Positions 39,692 through 49,293 of a stretch of 64,000 bases of DNA are shown here, in pieces. How positions within the stretch are numbered: position 1 is the stretch's first letter; each line of letters starts with the position of its first letter. The stretch is from an uncultured Verrucomicrobiae bacterium (GTDB taxonomy: Bacteria; Chlamydiota; Chlamydiia; Chlamydiales; Rhabdochlamydiaceae), in NCBI GenBank assembly GCA_963806855.1, contig CAWDYW010000001.1:608001-672000 (forward strand), given 5' to 3'. A program made the position numbers and the translations under genes. The notes beneath the pieces were generated by a model, which had not been told where the DNA came from, did no database searches, and saw nothing but the letters and a program-made list of their open reading frames with translations.

Positions 39692-40654
39692 ATGTTGAAT
39701 GTGAGTCGTGAAGGTTTCAGTAGTAGCGGTGAGGGGTTAAAGCTCAGTCAAGATGCTTTTATGTATGTCCCTGCCGGCATATTGGATCAGGATGAACCTG
39801 TAGAACCAGCAAGTCCCTTAGCAAATCGAAAGGTGACTGTGCAGAGTCAGAGAACGACTGATATTGAGCCAACAGTGCTGCATGAAAGAATCAGAGGCTT
39901 TCAAGGATCAGCTAGTCAACTAAATAAATTTTGTACAACTGTTCCAGTTCAAAATTCACGTGGTCAGCTGCTCAGAAATTCTTTCTTTTATGACGCAGTG
40001 ATGCTGCAAGGAGCAAAGGGGAAGGAATTTTTCCCTATGTGTAAAGGGGCTTTTAATGAAGCGCGCAAGTTTGGGCAGATTAGCGCGTTTGCCATCATCA
40101 ACTACATGAAAGCAGCGGCTGCAGCAGGAGATTATGGGGAAGTCAAAAGAGCATTTGATATTGCCTGGGACTGCAATCGTTATGATCTCGAGACCTTTAA
40201 TTGCTATATGCTCCTGATGGGAGATCGGGATTTTGATCAGTGTCGAAGAGGCTATTTCTTGGCGCTCAATTCAGAGCTTGCCGATATTTCAACCGATAAT
40301 ATCTGGATCTTTCAAAATGGAAAAAAAGGACAGGCTGATGTGGCTCTTTCAACATTTAAGTATATCCGAGACGACTCAGCCAATGCCAAGACTTATGCCT
40401 ATATTCTTTATATAATTGGCCAGATGGGGGATTTTGAAAAAGCTAAAGAGATCTTTGAAGAGGCAAAAGTAAAAGCGGCAGCGGGCAAAATCGAAATGAA
40501 CGAGTTCATCATCAACAATTTTATGATGATTGCCAATAAAGCTGGAAAATATACTGAGGCGATTGCCGCTTATAACGGGACTACAATCCGTAGTGACAAT
40601 ATTGGAAAATCCTATCAATACGCCTTCAATCGAAAGACTGGGCGTAAAGTTTAA
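39692..40654 (+). CDS. Pentatricopeptide (PPR)-like repeat protein
   Basis: About six 33-39-aa helical repeats, e.g. NAKTYAYILYIIGQMGDFEKAKEIFEEA. Confidence 0.65.
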   Translation: MLNVSREGFSSSGEGLKLSQDAFMYVPAGILDQDEPVEPASPLANRKVTVQSQRTTDIEPTVLHERIRGFQGSASQLNKFCTTVPVQNSRGQLLRNSFFYDAVMLQGAKGKEFFPMCKGAFNEARKFGQISAFAIINYMKAAAAAGDYGEVKRAFDIAWDCNRYDLETFNCYMLLMGDRDFDQCRRGYFLALNSELADISTDNIWIFQNGKKGQADVALSTFKYIRDDSANAKTYAYILYIIGQMGDFEKAKEIFEEAKVKAAAGKIEMNEFIINNFMMIANKAGKYTEAIAAYNGTTIRSDNIGKSYQYAFNRKTGRKV

Positions 40655-42020
40655 TGTACTTTTCAGCCGAGCAGTCCCAGCTTAAGTCGGTGCCCATCCC
40701 CTGATCGATGAGAGCGGGCCACTGCTTGGTTTTCATACTGGCAAATGCCCTCTCCAGAACCATGGCGACCCCCTGATTCTCCGGGGGAGTAAAAGTGAAC
40801 CCATTTTTCCCATCAAAAATCGTATCCTTGAGCCCTCCGGTAGCGCGCACAAGCGGGATAGATCCATAGCGTAGCGCAATCATTTGGGAGAGGCCGCAAG
40901 GCTCAAAAATCGAAGGCATCAAAAAGAGATCGCTGGCAGCATAAAGTAGATGAGAGAGTGCCTCATTGTAATCGAGCCGAATAGCAAGATCAGGGTGGGG
41001 CTCAATCTGCTCAAATTTCTTTTGCGTGGCAGGATCGCGGGTAGTGCCCAAGAGGGCAAATTGGCCTCCCAGCTCGAGAGTTTTTTTGATTCCATATTCG
41101 ATTAAGTCGGGCCCTTTCTGCGCCACCAAACGGGTCACAGCGACAACAAGTGGCTTATGCTCACTACGGGTCAGATTGAGAACTTCTTGCACATGCCGTT
41201 TATTGCTCTTTTTCCCTTCTATGCGGGTTTTCTTAGAATAATTGGCAGCCAGCATCGGATCAGTCTCGGGATTCCAGTAATCGGTGTCGATCCCATTCAG
41301 GATTCCAACCAGCTTTTTCTGATAACGATTCAAATAGCCTTCAAGTCCAAAGCCCCCATCAGCAGTGAGGATCTCTTGTGCATAAGTGGGGGAAACGGCC
41401 GTGATCCAGTCGCTAAAATGGAATGCCCCTTTCATTAGATTGATCGCTTGGGGATATTTGGGATCGCGCAGATCCTCTTCATTGAAAGAAATGCCGAGGC
41501 GCTGCAGATTGAAAGGGGCGCAGATCCCTTGGTGCTGCATATTGTGGATCGTGAAGACAATTTTGGGTCCATCCATCCGCATCAGGGCAAAGCCGGCAGT
41601 AGGCCAATCATGCAGATGAATCACATCGGGGGGCTGATTTTCGAGTGCGATGCTGGCCACTTTGCAGAAATAGAGAAACCGGTCGTTGTCATCCTTCTCT
41701 CCATAAATCCTGGTCCGAAGGAAGTAGTCCTGCGGATGGTGCGGCTCGATCAAGACCAGCTCCAGGCCATGAAAGCGGGCGGACCAGAGCGTATTGGGGA
41801 TCATATTCCCACTTTCCTGCACCGATAATTGCCCCATCGGGGAGAGATTTTCGAGGGCGCCATAATCGAGGCAATCGTACTTGGGGAGAAAAATGCGGAC
41901 TCGATGCCCCAGCTTGGCCTGAGCTTTCGAGAGGCCATAGATCACATCTCCGAGGCCGCCGACTTTGGCGATGGGGGCAAGTTCGCTGGCGATGTGCACT
42001 ATATCCATGATCCTCACCAT
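40626..42020 (-). CDS. glgA: Glycogen synthase
   Basis: KVGGLGDV, HLHDW, GILNGID, EPCGLSQM. Confidence 0.96.
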   Translation of the reverse strand: MVRIMDIVHIASELAPIAKVGGLGDVIYGLSKAQAKLGHRVRIFLPKYDCLDYGALENLSPMGQLSVQESGNMIPNTLWSARFHGLELVLIEPHHPQDYFLRTRIYGEKDDNDRFLYFCKVASIALENQPPDVIHLHDWPTAGFALMRMDGPKIVFTIHNMQHQGICAPFNLQRLGISFNEEDLRDPKYPQAINLMKGAFHFSDWITAVSPTYAQEILTADGGFGLEGYLNRYQKKLVGILNGIDTDYWNPETDPMLAANYSKKTRIEGKKSNKRHVQEVLNLTRSEHKPLVVAVTRLVAQKGPDLIEYGIKKTLELGGQFALLGTTRDPATQKKFEQIEPHPDLAIRLDYNEALSHLLYAASDLFLMPSIFEPCGLSQMIALRYGSIPLVRATGGLKDTIFDGKNGFTFTPPENQGVAMVLERAFASMKTKQWPALIDQGMGTDLSWDCSAEKYIKLYAQSFD

Positions 42021-42054
42021 ACAGATTCAAATTTTTTCTGTAACCATTCGTTCT

Positions 42055-42137
42055 TGACGCAAGTTTGCATCAACTTAATAATGACGCATACTTGCGTCAC
42101 TATTTTATTGACGTAAACTTGCGTCGTCAATTATGAT
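42055..42137 (+). promoter_or_regulatory. Three 18-bp palindromic operators overlapping a likely sigma70-type promoter
   Basis: TGACGCAAGTTTGCATCA, TGACGCATACTTGCGTCA, TGACGTAAACTTGCGTCG at 27-bp spacing; TTGACG-N18-TATGAT. Confidence 0.75.
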
Positions 42138-42157
42138 AAGTATTAAAGGGGAATAAG

Positions 42158-43060
42158 ATGGAAGTGATTTGCTGTCAATGTCATAAGGGAATTTCTGAGA
42201 ACGAAGATCGATGGTATGGGCTACATAAAAAGTGTTTCATTAAGGTCTTTGGATTGGCAAAACTGGTAGAATTTCGGGATTTAGTTGCAAGATCACAATC
42301 CCAAATTCCCCAAGAGGCTCCTGGGAGAAATATTAGTTTTTTCCACGGGGCTTTTCGAAAGTATTCAGCTCAATTAGGTGGAGTTGGATACATCCTTAAA
42401 GTGCAACAAAAAGAATATCCTGAACTTCCCGAGACCGAGTTTTTATGCAATCAGATTTTTGCAAGCTTAAAAATTAATGTACCCGCTTATTATTTGTTGA
42501 GATTTCCCGAAGATCAATTTTGTTTTGTCACTAAAAATTTCATGTCAGGATTGACTTCGTCGGATCTTGTCCATATTTATCATTTTGTGCACAGTGGGAT
42601 AGCCTATGATTGTGAAAATATTATAAGGATCATCGGAGAGCAAACAGGAAGAAGGGCTGAGCAAGAAAGATTTGTTTATTTAACCTTGGCAGATAGTTTG
42701 ATTGGTAATCATGATCGACATGGGCGAAACTTGGGTTTTATCCAGTCAATAAAAGGAATGCAGTTAGCCCCGTTTTATGACAATCCTTCAGCTTTAGCTC
42801 TTGAAGATCATTTCATGCTAGGTGCAGATCTGCAGCCGAGAGGATCTATTTTTACAAAAGAGAGCGATAAACCTATGATGCTTGATTATGTCGTTGAGTG
42901 GAAGCGCTTAGGTTATGATTTTGTTATTGAACGTTTTCGAGCGAACCTTTCTCTCAAAAAGATAACAAACTTAATCGAGAAAAGCCATTTAAGTGAAAGG
43001 AGGCAAAAAGCGTTTCTCAAGTTGATCAAAGGTAGAAGTGAGGAACTATGCGGCATTTAA
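42158..43060 (+). CDS. HipA-family kinase lacking the HipA N-terminal subdomain (HipT-like)
   Basis: HGAFRKY loop, IGNHDRHGRN, LAPFYD. Confidence 0.88.
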   Translation: MEVICCQCHKGISENEDRWYGLHKKCFIKVFGLAKLVEFRDLVARSQSQIPQEAPGRNISFFHGAFRKYSAQLGGVGYILKVQQKEYPELPETEFLCNQIFASLKINVPAYYLLRFPEDQFCFVTKNFMSGLTSSDLVHIYHFVHSGIAYDCENIIRIIGEQTGRRAEQERFVYLTLADSLIGNHDRHGRNLGFIQSIKGMQLAPFYDNPSALALEDHFMLGADLQPRGSIFTKESDKPMMLDYVVEWKRLGYDFVIERFRANLSLKKITNLIEKSHLSERRQKAFLKLIKGRSEELCGI

Positions 43061-43743
43061 AAATCATTGGAGTTAATATATTTTTGGAAAAGAGAAAAAC
43101 GAGAATGCACGTCGGAATCCTCCAAAGGGTCAGGGAAAAGTTTGTTTTTACCTATGATAAACACTATTTTAAAGCTAAAAATGTGATTCCGTTAGGTCCC
43201 GAGTTTCCATTAACACAAGATGAATTCAGCTCAGAGCGCCTTTTCCCTTCTTTAGTAGATCGTATACCCTCGACTCGGAATCCTGCTTATTCCGAATATT
43301 GTTTAGCAATGGGGGTAGATCCTAAAGAGCCAGATCCTATTATTTTATTGTCTACAATAGGAAGAAAAGGGCCTTCATCGTTTATTTTTTATCCCATTTA
43401 TGAACGAAAAATTACGGCGAGGGATGTGGTTGAATTTCGGGAATCACTTGGATTTACGACCAGGGAATTTGCAGATGTCTTTGAATTTTCTCAGTCGGGA
43501 TTAAATGCATTTGAAAGAGGGCGTTCATTAGGGCCGGAAATTCTAAAGCGGTTAGAAATTATTATTAATTTTCCCGCTGTAGCACTAGATTTTTTAATCA
43601 TAAATGGTGGGTGCTTGACGTATGAGAAATGGCTGAAGTCAACAGAAAAACTCGCCAAAGAAGGTAACAAGCAGCATCAAAGATCATCAATAGGGGGCGA
43701 AAATCAAAAAATATTTAATGCGGCGCCTGGTCCGGTTTTGTGA
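43048..43743 (+). CDS. HipS-like (HipA N-terminal) domain fused to an XRE HTH
   Basis: VGIL..FVFTYD..FPL..LFPSLVDRIP; FRESLGFTTREFADVFEFSQSGLNAFERG. Confidence 0.8.
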   Translation: MRHLKIIGVNIFLEKRKTRMHVGILQRVREKFVFTYDKHYFKAKNVIPLGPEFPLTQDEFSSERLFPSLVDRIPSTRNPAYSEYCLAMGVDPKEPDPIILLSTIGRKGPSSFIFYPIYERKITARDVVEFRESLGFTTREFADVFEFSQSGLNAFERGRSLGPEILKRLEIIINFPAVALDFLIINGGCLTYEKWLKSTEKLAKEGNKQHQRSSIGGENQKIFNAAPGPVL

Positions 43744-43883
43744 ATTTTTGAAACCATCATATTGGCCTGCCTGTAAAGTTTCGTTCCTCGAAGGTATTAT
43801 GAGAATACCCCCCTAATCGCGAAACTTTGTAGGCAGGCAACTCTAGGTCTCCCAAAATTCACAAAACCCATACGGGGCAGTAT
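43716..43883. mobile_element. Degenerate palindromic MITE-like element
   Basis: GGTTTTGTGAATTTT/AAAATTCACAAAACC and GCCTGCCT-AAAGTTTCG/CGAAACTTT-AGGCAGGC arms. Confidence 0.6.
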
Positions 43884-43972
43884 AAATTTCCAGGTTTGTT
43901 GTCAGGTTCCTATTGCAGATTATTCTTTAGATGGCTATCATTGACGTTTTTGAAGAGCTAAATGGCTCTTGC

Positions 43973-44044
43973 TGGGGTGTCGCCAAGCGGTAAGGCAGCG
44001 GTTTTTGGTACCGCCATGCGGAGGTTCGAATCCTTCCACCCCAA
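43973..44044 (+). tRNA. tRNA-Gln(TTG)
   Basis: TGGGGTG/CACCCCA acceptor stem, GCGGT-TT-TTG-GT-ACCGC anticodon arm, GGTTCGAATCC T arm. Confidence 0.96.
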
Positions 44045-44049
44045 GTACG

Positions 44050-44084
44050 AGGGAGTTGCAAGCTTTGGGTTTGCAACTCCCTCT
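44050..44084 (+). terminator. Stem-loop after tRNA-Gln
   Basis: GAGGGAGTTGCAA/TTGCAACTCCCTC; no strong U tract. Confidence 0.5.
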
Positions 44085-44102
44085 AACGAGGTTTTTCCTA
44101 GT

Positions 44103-45015
44103 ATGGATAGCAATGCGTTTACTTTGTTTTCTGGGAGCTTCGCACCCCGAGCTCGCAAAACAGGTAGCGGTTCCCTCCATGTTAAGCTGGGAAGAGTCTC
44201 GATATCAACATTTCCAGATTGCGAGATAGGCGTTCAAATTTTAGAGAATGTCCGCGGTCGGGACGTTTTCGTTCTGCAAACTATCGCACGACGTCCCAAC
44301 CACTATCTCATGGAACTGTTGATTATAGTCGATGCTTTGAAACGCGCCTCTGCCCGCTCGATCCATGTTGTCATCCCCTATTTTGGGTATGCGCGGCAAG
44401 ATCGGAGGGATAGAGAGAGGCGAGTGCCGATCACTGCCAAACTTGTCGCAGATTTGCTTGAAAAGGCAGGTGCGGACTGGGGTGCTGACGATGGATCTGC
44501 ATGCAGAGCAAATCCAGGGATTTTTCGATATACCAGTCGACAATCTCTATGCTCGTCCCCTCCTCCAGAAAGCAGTAGAGGATTTGGGATTGACCGACTA
44601 TGTTGTGGTCGCCCCGGATCTTGGCAGTATCAAACTAGCTCGAGCTTTCGCAAAAGATGCGGAGAGCGAGATAGCGATCGTGGATAAGCGGCGCGTGGAC
44701 GCAGAACATGTTGAGGCAGGAGCCTTAATCGGCAATGTCAAAGGGAAGCAGGTGCTTCTCATTGATGATATGGTCTCAACTGGTGAAACACTAAAGAAGG
44801 CAGCACGTGTTTGCAAAAGTGCAGGTGCGCGTGAGGTCTTCGCCGTTGCCACCCACGGGCTAATGGTTGAAGAAGTGTTTACAGGAAGTGCGATTGAAAA
44901 GTTGATTGTAACCAATACGGTTCCTCTTTCAAAGAATTTGGAGAAGAGCCCGCAGATTCATGTTGTATCGGTTGCATCTCTTTTTAGTCGAGCCATCGGG
45001 TTATCGCTTGGCTAA
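44103..45015 (+). CDS. prs: Ribose-phosphate pyrophosphokinase with frameshifts (probably sequence errors)
   Basis: FPDCEI, PYFGYARQDR, MDLHAEQIQGFF, LIDDMVSTG in different frames. Confidence 0.9.
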
Positions 45016-45071
45016 TTCCTTTCTGCTCCAGTGAAGATAGAATTTTTAGAAATGCAAATTGGAGATATTGA

Positions 45072-45623
45072 ATGAATCTGAGTGCAAAAAAAAGAACCGG
45101 GGACAAAACGGTTAATCAAATTCGCCGAGCTGGTGGCATCCCTGCAGTTTTTTACTCCCCTGGAGATTCCGGGCACCCGATCGAAGTGAATGGGCCGCAA
45201 TTTGAAGCTGCCATGCGAGACATTAAGCCTGGGCGTCTTGCGACGACAAAGTTTACACTCGATATAGATGGGAAAAAAATACAGGCGATTGTCAAGGATA
45301 TCCAGTACAATCGGACAACTTATCAAGTGATCCACCTCGATTTCGAAGAATTGAAAAAAGATGTGCCCGTCCGAATCAATGTGCCTATCGAGTGTGTGGG
45401 GCAAGAAGACTGTGTTGGGATTAAATTGGGAGGCTTTTCGCGCCAGATTATCCGATCTGTTCGCGTTCGATGCCTACCTCAAGATATCCCAGTAGAATTT
45501 AAGGTCGATATCCGCAATTTGAAAATGAAACAAGCGCTTCGCATCTCTGCGATTCCGATGCCTAAAGGTGTAGAGACTTTGGTGAAGGATGAAGTGGTCG
45601 TTGTGATTGGGAAGAAGCCATAG
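45072..45623 (+). CDS. rplY: 50S ribosomal protein L25/Ctc
   Basis: IPAVFY, KDIQY, HLDF, GIKLGG. Confidence 0.95.
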   Translation: MNLSAKKRTGDKTVNQIRRAGGIPAVFYSPGDSGHPIEVNGPQFEAAMRDIKPGRLATTKFTLDIDGKKIQAIVKDIQYNRTTYQVIHLDFEELKKDVPVRINVPIECVGQEDCVGIKLGGFSRQIIRSVRVRCLPQDIPVEFKVDIRNLKMKQALRISAIPMPKGVETLVKDEVVVVIGKKP

Positions 45624-45760
45624 TAACCTTAGTTATTGGCTTGTTCTCCTCAGGAGCAGGAGAGATTTTCGATGAGATTGATTTCTTTTTTTCGAAAATC
45701 ATAGCCGAAGGCACTATTATTGAGAAAAAATGAAATCAAGCTCGCGAATTACTGAGGTTA
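45624..45760. mobile_element. MITE-like element of the same family as 8916-9086
   Basis: TAACCTTAGTTATT/AATTACTGAGGTTA ends; CATAGCCGAAGGCACTATT core. Confidence 0.65.
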
Positions 45761-45767
45761 GAAAGCA

Positions 45768-46340
45768 ATGGAAGAGCGCTATCTCATTGTCGGCCTCGGT
45801 AACCCAGGCAAGACCTATGACGATACGAGACACAATATTGGGTTTAAGATCGTCAAAGCTCTTGCCGAAAAGCACCAGATTACCTTTCGTCCCTCGTTAA
45901 TTCGGATGAAAGGAAGTGTGGGAGAAGGGACGATTAAAGAGAAGAAAGCGCACCTCTTGCTGCCACTGACCTTCATGAATGAAAGTGGGGCATCAGTGAG
46001 GAAAGGGGTCGACTACTTCGAGATCCCCCTCGATCATCTGATCGTAGTGGCCGATGACGTAGACCTACCGTTTGGGAGTCTGCGGCTAAGGGAGAAGGGA
46101 AGTAGTGGCGGCCATAAAGGATTAAAGAGCATTGAGGCCCATTTAGGGACCCAAGAATACACCCGCTTAAAAGTGGGAGTTGGAGGACGAGAAAAGGGTG
46201 ATCTCGCCGATCACGTCCTCGAAAAGTTTACAAAAGAAGAGCAAAGTGCTCTGCCAGAGATTGTAGATAGAGCTGTGATGGCTCTAGAGCTTTGGATTGC
46301 AGAAGGGGCGCCGCCTGCGATGCACGAAGCGAATAAATAG
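45768..46340 (+). CDS. pth: Peptidyl-tRNA hydrolase
   Basis: GLGNPG, TRHNIGF, FMNESG, GGHKG. Confidence 0.97.
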   Translation: MEERYLIVGLGNPGKTYDDTRHNIGFKIVKALAEKHQITFRPSLIRMKGSVGEGTIKEKKAHLLLPLTFMNESGASVRKGVDYFEIPLDHLIVVADDVDLPFGSLRLREKGSSGGHKGLKSIEAHLGTQEYTRLKVGVGGREKGDLADHVLEKFTKEEQSALPEIVDRAVMALELWIAEGAPPAMHEANK

Positions 46341-46349
46341 GAGATATAA

Positions 46350-46694
46350 ATGTCAAAATCTAGTCAACATCTCTATGAAGGGATGTATATTTTAAGTGCC
46401 ACGTTGAGTGAAGATGCGCGCAAAAAAGCGATGGAGAAGATCACCTCCTCGATCGAGCATCATGCTGGCCAGGTGCACAAAGTATTCGAACAGGGTCGTA
46501 AAAAATTGGCCTATGAGATCAATGGCCGCAAAGAAGGATTCTACTATGTCCTTTATTTTACAGCCGGTTCATCCAGCATGCCAGAACTATGGAGAGAGTA
46601 TCAGCTCAATGAAGATCTGATCCGCTACATGACCCTACGTGCTGAATCAGTACCTGAGAAAATTGAATTTAAAGTACTGGAAAAAATGGAGTAA
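46350..46694 (+). CDS. rpsF: 30S ribosomal protein S6
   Basis: [16 protein letters not shown]. Confidence 0.95.
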   Translation: MSKSSQHLYEGMYILSATLSEDARKKAMEKITSSIEHHAGQVHKVFEQGRKKLAYEINGRKEGFYYVLYFTAGSSSMPELWREYQLNEDLIRYMTLRAESVPEKIEFKVLEKME

Positions 46695-46696
46695 TT

Positions 46697-46960
46697 ATGA
46701 CAACAACACAGTTCCCAAAAAAGAATATCCCAAGAGAGCCTCTCTTTGGTAAACGGTCAAGATCTTGCCCTTTCACTGAAGCAGGTATCAACTATATCGA
46801 TTACAAAGATATCGATACATTAAACCAGTTCATCACAGAACATGGGAAGATCATTCCTCGTCGCATCAGCGGGATTTCTCTTCGGCATCAAAGAATGCTC
46901 ACCAATGCGATCAAACGGGCCCGCTATATGGCCCTTCTGCCATTCGTCGCACAAGATTAG
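46697..46960 (+). CDS. rpsR: 30S ribosomal protein S18
   Basis: [21 protein letters not shown]. Confidence 0.97.
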   Translation: MTTTQFPKKNIPREPLFGKRSRSCPFTEAGINYIDYKDIDTLNQFITEHGKIIPRRISGISLRHQRMLTNAIKRARYMALLPFVAQD

Positions 46961-46969
46961 GAGTAAAAC

Positions 46970-47437
46970 ATGAAGAATCAACTATTATTATTAGAAGATG
47001 TAGATGGTGTAGGACGAAGCGGTGATATCGTCACTGTGCGACCCGGTTTTGCTCGCAACTGTCTAATCCCTCAGCAAAAAGCAGTCGTCGCGAAGAAACA
47101 CCTCGTGAGGCTCCAAGATCGTCTGAGAGAAGAGCGGTCTAAGAGAGCGGTCGTCGATAAAGCCGAAGCGCTCGAACTTGCCAAAAAACTGGAAGGTCAG
47201 ACTCTGAAAGCCTCGATGAAGTTCGATGCCGAAGGGCATATGTACGGATCAGTGACAGCCCATGATGTGGTCATCCTGTTCAAAGATCAGCTAGGACTCG
47301 AGATTGAGAAACGGAACGTCTTGATCCTGAAAGGGATTAAAGAAAAGGGGACGCACGAGATCGAGCTCCGCTTGAAAGAGGGAGTTCCTGCCAAGATCAT
47401 CCTCGAAATCGTCCCTGAAGTGAAGAACGAAGGTTAA
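46970..47437 (+). CDS. rplI: 50S ribosomal protein L9
   Basis: GDIVTVRPGFARN, MYGSV. Confidence 0.96.
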   Translation: MKNQLLLLEDVDGVGRSGDIVTVRPGFARNCLIPQQKAVVAKKHLVRLQDRLREERSKRAVVDKAEALELAKKLEGQTLKASMKFDAEGHMYGSVTAHDVVILFKDQLGLEIEKRNVLILKGIKEKGTHEIELRLKEGVPAKIILEIVPEVKNEG

Positions 47438-48276
47438 TAATTTTCACTCTTTTTTCGCCGGCGAAAATCAACCTATTTTTCCGGGTGCTAAGTAAGCGCC
47501 CGGATGGGTTTCATGAGATTGCTTCCCTCTATCAGGCGATCTCTTTAGGGGACTTTCTCACCATCATTCCTAATGACGGGGCCGATCGGCTCATCTGCAA
47601 CGATCCTACAATTCCCACAGACCAATCTAATCTCATCCTCCGCGCTGCCAACCTTTTTCGACAGAAAACGGAGCTGGAGCGCTACTTCACGTTCATCTTG
47701 GATAAGCGGATCCCCATTGAAGCCGGGCTTGGCGGTGGGAGCAGCAATGCGGCGACCACATTGTGGGGGCTCAATGAAGTGATGGGAACAGCAGTGGAAA
47801 TCGACGAATTGAAAACCTGGGCAGCCGAGTTAGGATCCGATGTCCCTTTTTTCTTAAGTAGCGGAAGAGCCTACTGCGAAGGGAGGGGGGAGAGGCTCAC
47901 TGCAGAGACCCCAACATCTAGTGATCAGCTCTGGATCGTAAAACCCAAGATAGGTCTCTCTACACCGGCGGTTTACAAAAATCTCAATTTAAGTGCATTG
48001 CAGGGCCGCAATCCCATCGATGCGCTCCACAGTCACCGCACTGGCGCCCCTCTTTTCTTCAACGATCTGGAAGAGGCAGCCTTCCAATTAGCTCCGGAAT
48101 TAATGCAGATCAAACAAGAATTAACTCTCCTTGGGCTTAAAGAAGTGCACATGACCGGCAGCGGCACAGCATTTTTCTGCTTTGGGAAAGAAGCCCCTCA
48201 TCATTCCCACATGACATTTTACCCCGCACACTTTCTCTATCGCAGCGAGCAGGACTGGTATAAATTTCCCGACTAG
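47437..48276 (+). CDS. ispE: 4-diphosphocytidyl-2C-methyl-D-erythritol kinase (apparent ATA or ATT start)
   Basis: SPAKINLFFRVL lies upstream of the track's GTG; AGLGGGSSNAA, LGSDVPFF, MTGSG. Confidence 0.93.
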   Translation: MIFTLFSPAKINLFFRVLSKRPDGFHEIASLYQAISLGDFLTIIPNDGADRLICNDPTIPTDQSNLILRAANLFRQKTELERYFTFILDKRIPIEAGLGGGSSNAATTLWGLNEVMGTAVEIDELKTWAAELGSDVPFFLSSGRAYCEGRGERLTAETPTSSDQLWIVKPKIGLSTPAVYKNLNLSALQGRNPIDALHSHRTGAPLFFNDLEEAAFQLAPELMQIKQELTLLGLKEVHMTGSGTAFFCFGKEAPHHSHMTFYPAHFLYRSEQDWYKFPD

Positions 48277-48313
48277 TCTATAGTGATCCTTCATCTTCTA
48301 GTGGAGTTAGCAC

Positions 48314-49293
48314 TTGCACGATCAGATTATCATTGTCACAGGAGCTGCGGGGTTTATTGGTTCAGCAGTCGTCAGGCATCTCAATGACCTTGGCTACAAC
48401 CGAATCCTTCTAGTCGACGATATTGCAAAAACCGATAAAGTGGAAAAATCTCCTAGGAAAACGGTTTGATGATTTCATCTCCATAGCATGCTCTTTTTCC
48501 ATGGCTCGAGAAAAGGGCTGCTGAAGTAGCCGCAATGATCCACCTTGGAGCCTGCTCCGACACGTTAGAGACGGATGGCGACTATCTGATGGAGAACAAC
48601 TTCCGCTACACCCAAAAGCTGTGCCCAAATCGCCGTAAAGCATCAGATTCGGTTCATCTATGCTAGCTCTGCCGCCACCTATGGCGATGGGAGCCTAGGC
48701 TTTTCCGATGACATCGATCATCTCGAGGAGCTCCGCCCTTTAAATCTCTATGGATTCTCAAAGCACCTGTTCGACCTGTGGGCCAAAGAACAGGGGATCC
48801 TCGATCAGATCGTCGGCCTGAAGTATTTCAATGTCTTTGGTCCAAATGAAAACCATAAAGGGCACATGGCCTCGATGGTCTACAAAATGCTTCCCAAAGT
48901 GGCCAATGAAGGGGTAGTTCATCTTTTCAAGTCTACCGAGCCCGATCGATTTGGTGATGGCGATCAATGCCGCGATTTCATCTACGTGAAAGATGTGGCC
49001 AAGATGACCTGTGGATTTTTATTCAATAATATTAGTGGAATTTTTAATATCGGAAGAGGTGAGCCTACAACTTGGAATCAATTGGCCAGTGCCCTTTTCC
49101 AAGCGACGGCAAAGAAAAGAACATTCAGTATATTGAAATGCCTGAAGCCTTGAACAAACAGTACCAGAACTATACTTGCGCCGACATGAGCCGATACTTG
49201 AAAAAAAACCACCAGCATGAGCCAATGACTAGCATCGGAGAGGCGGTGATCGATTATGTCCAGGGCTACCTTCTCAAGGATAAAACATGGTAA
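48314..49293 (+). CDS. hldD: ADP-L-glycero-D-manno-heptose 6-epimerase with frameshifts
   Basis: [47 protein letters not shown] start after GGAG. Confidence 0.88.

Noticed and set aside
43962..44102. N-terminal extension of the prs ORF
   Set aside because: It is read-through of tRNA-Gln and its hairpin; the real start is ATG 44103.
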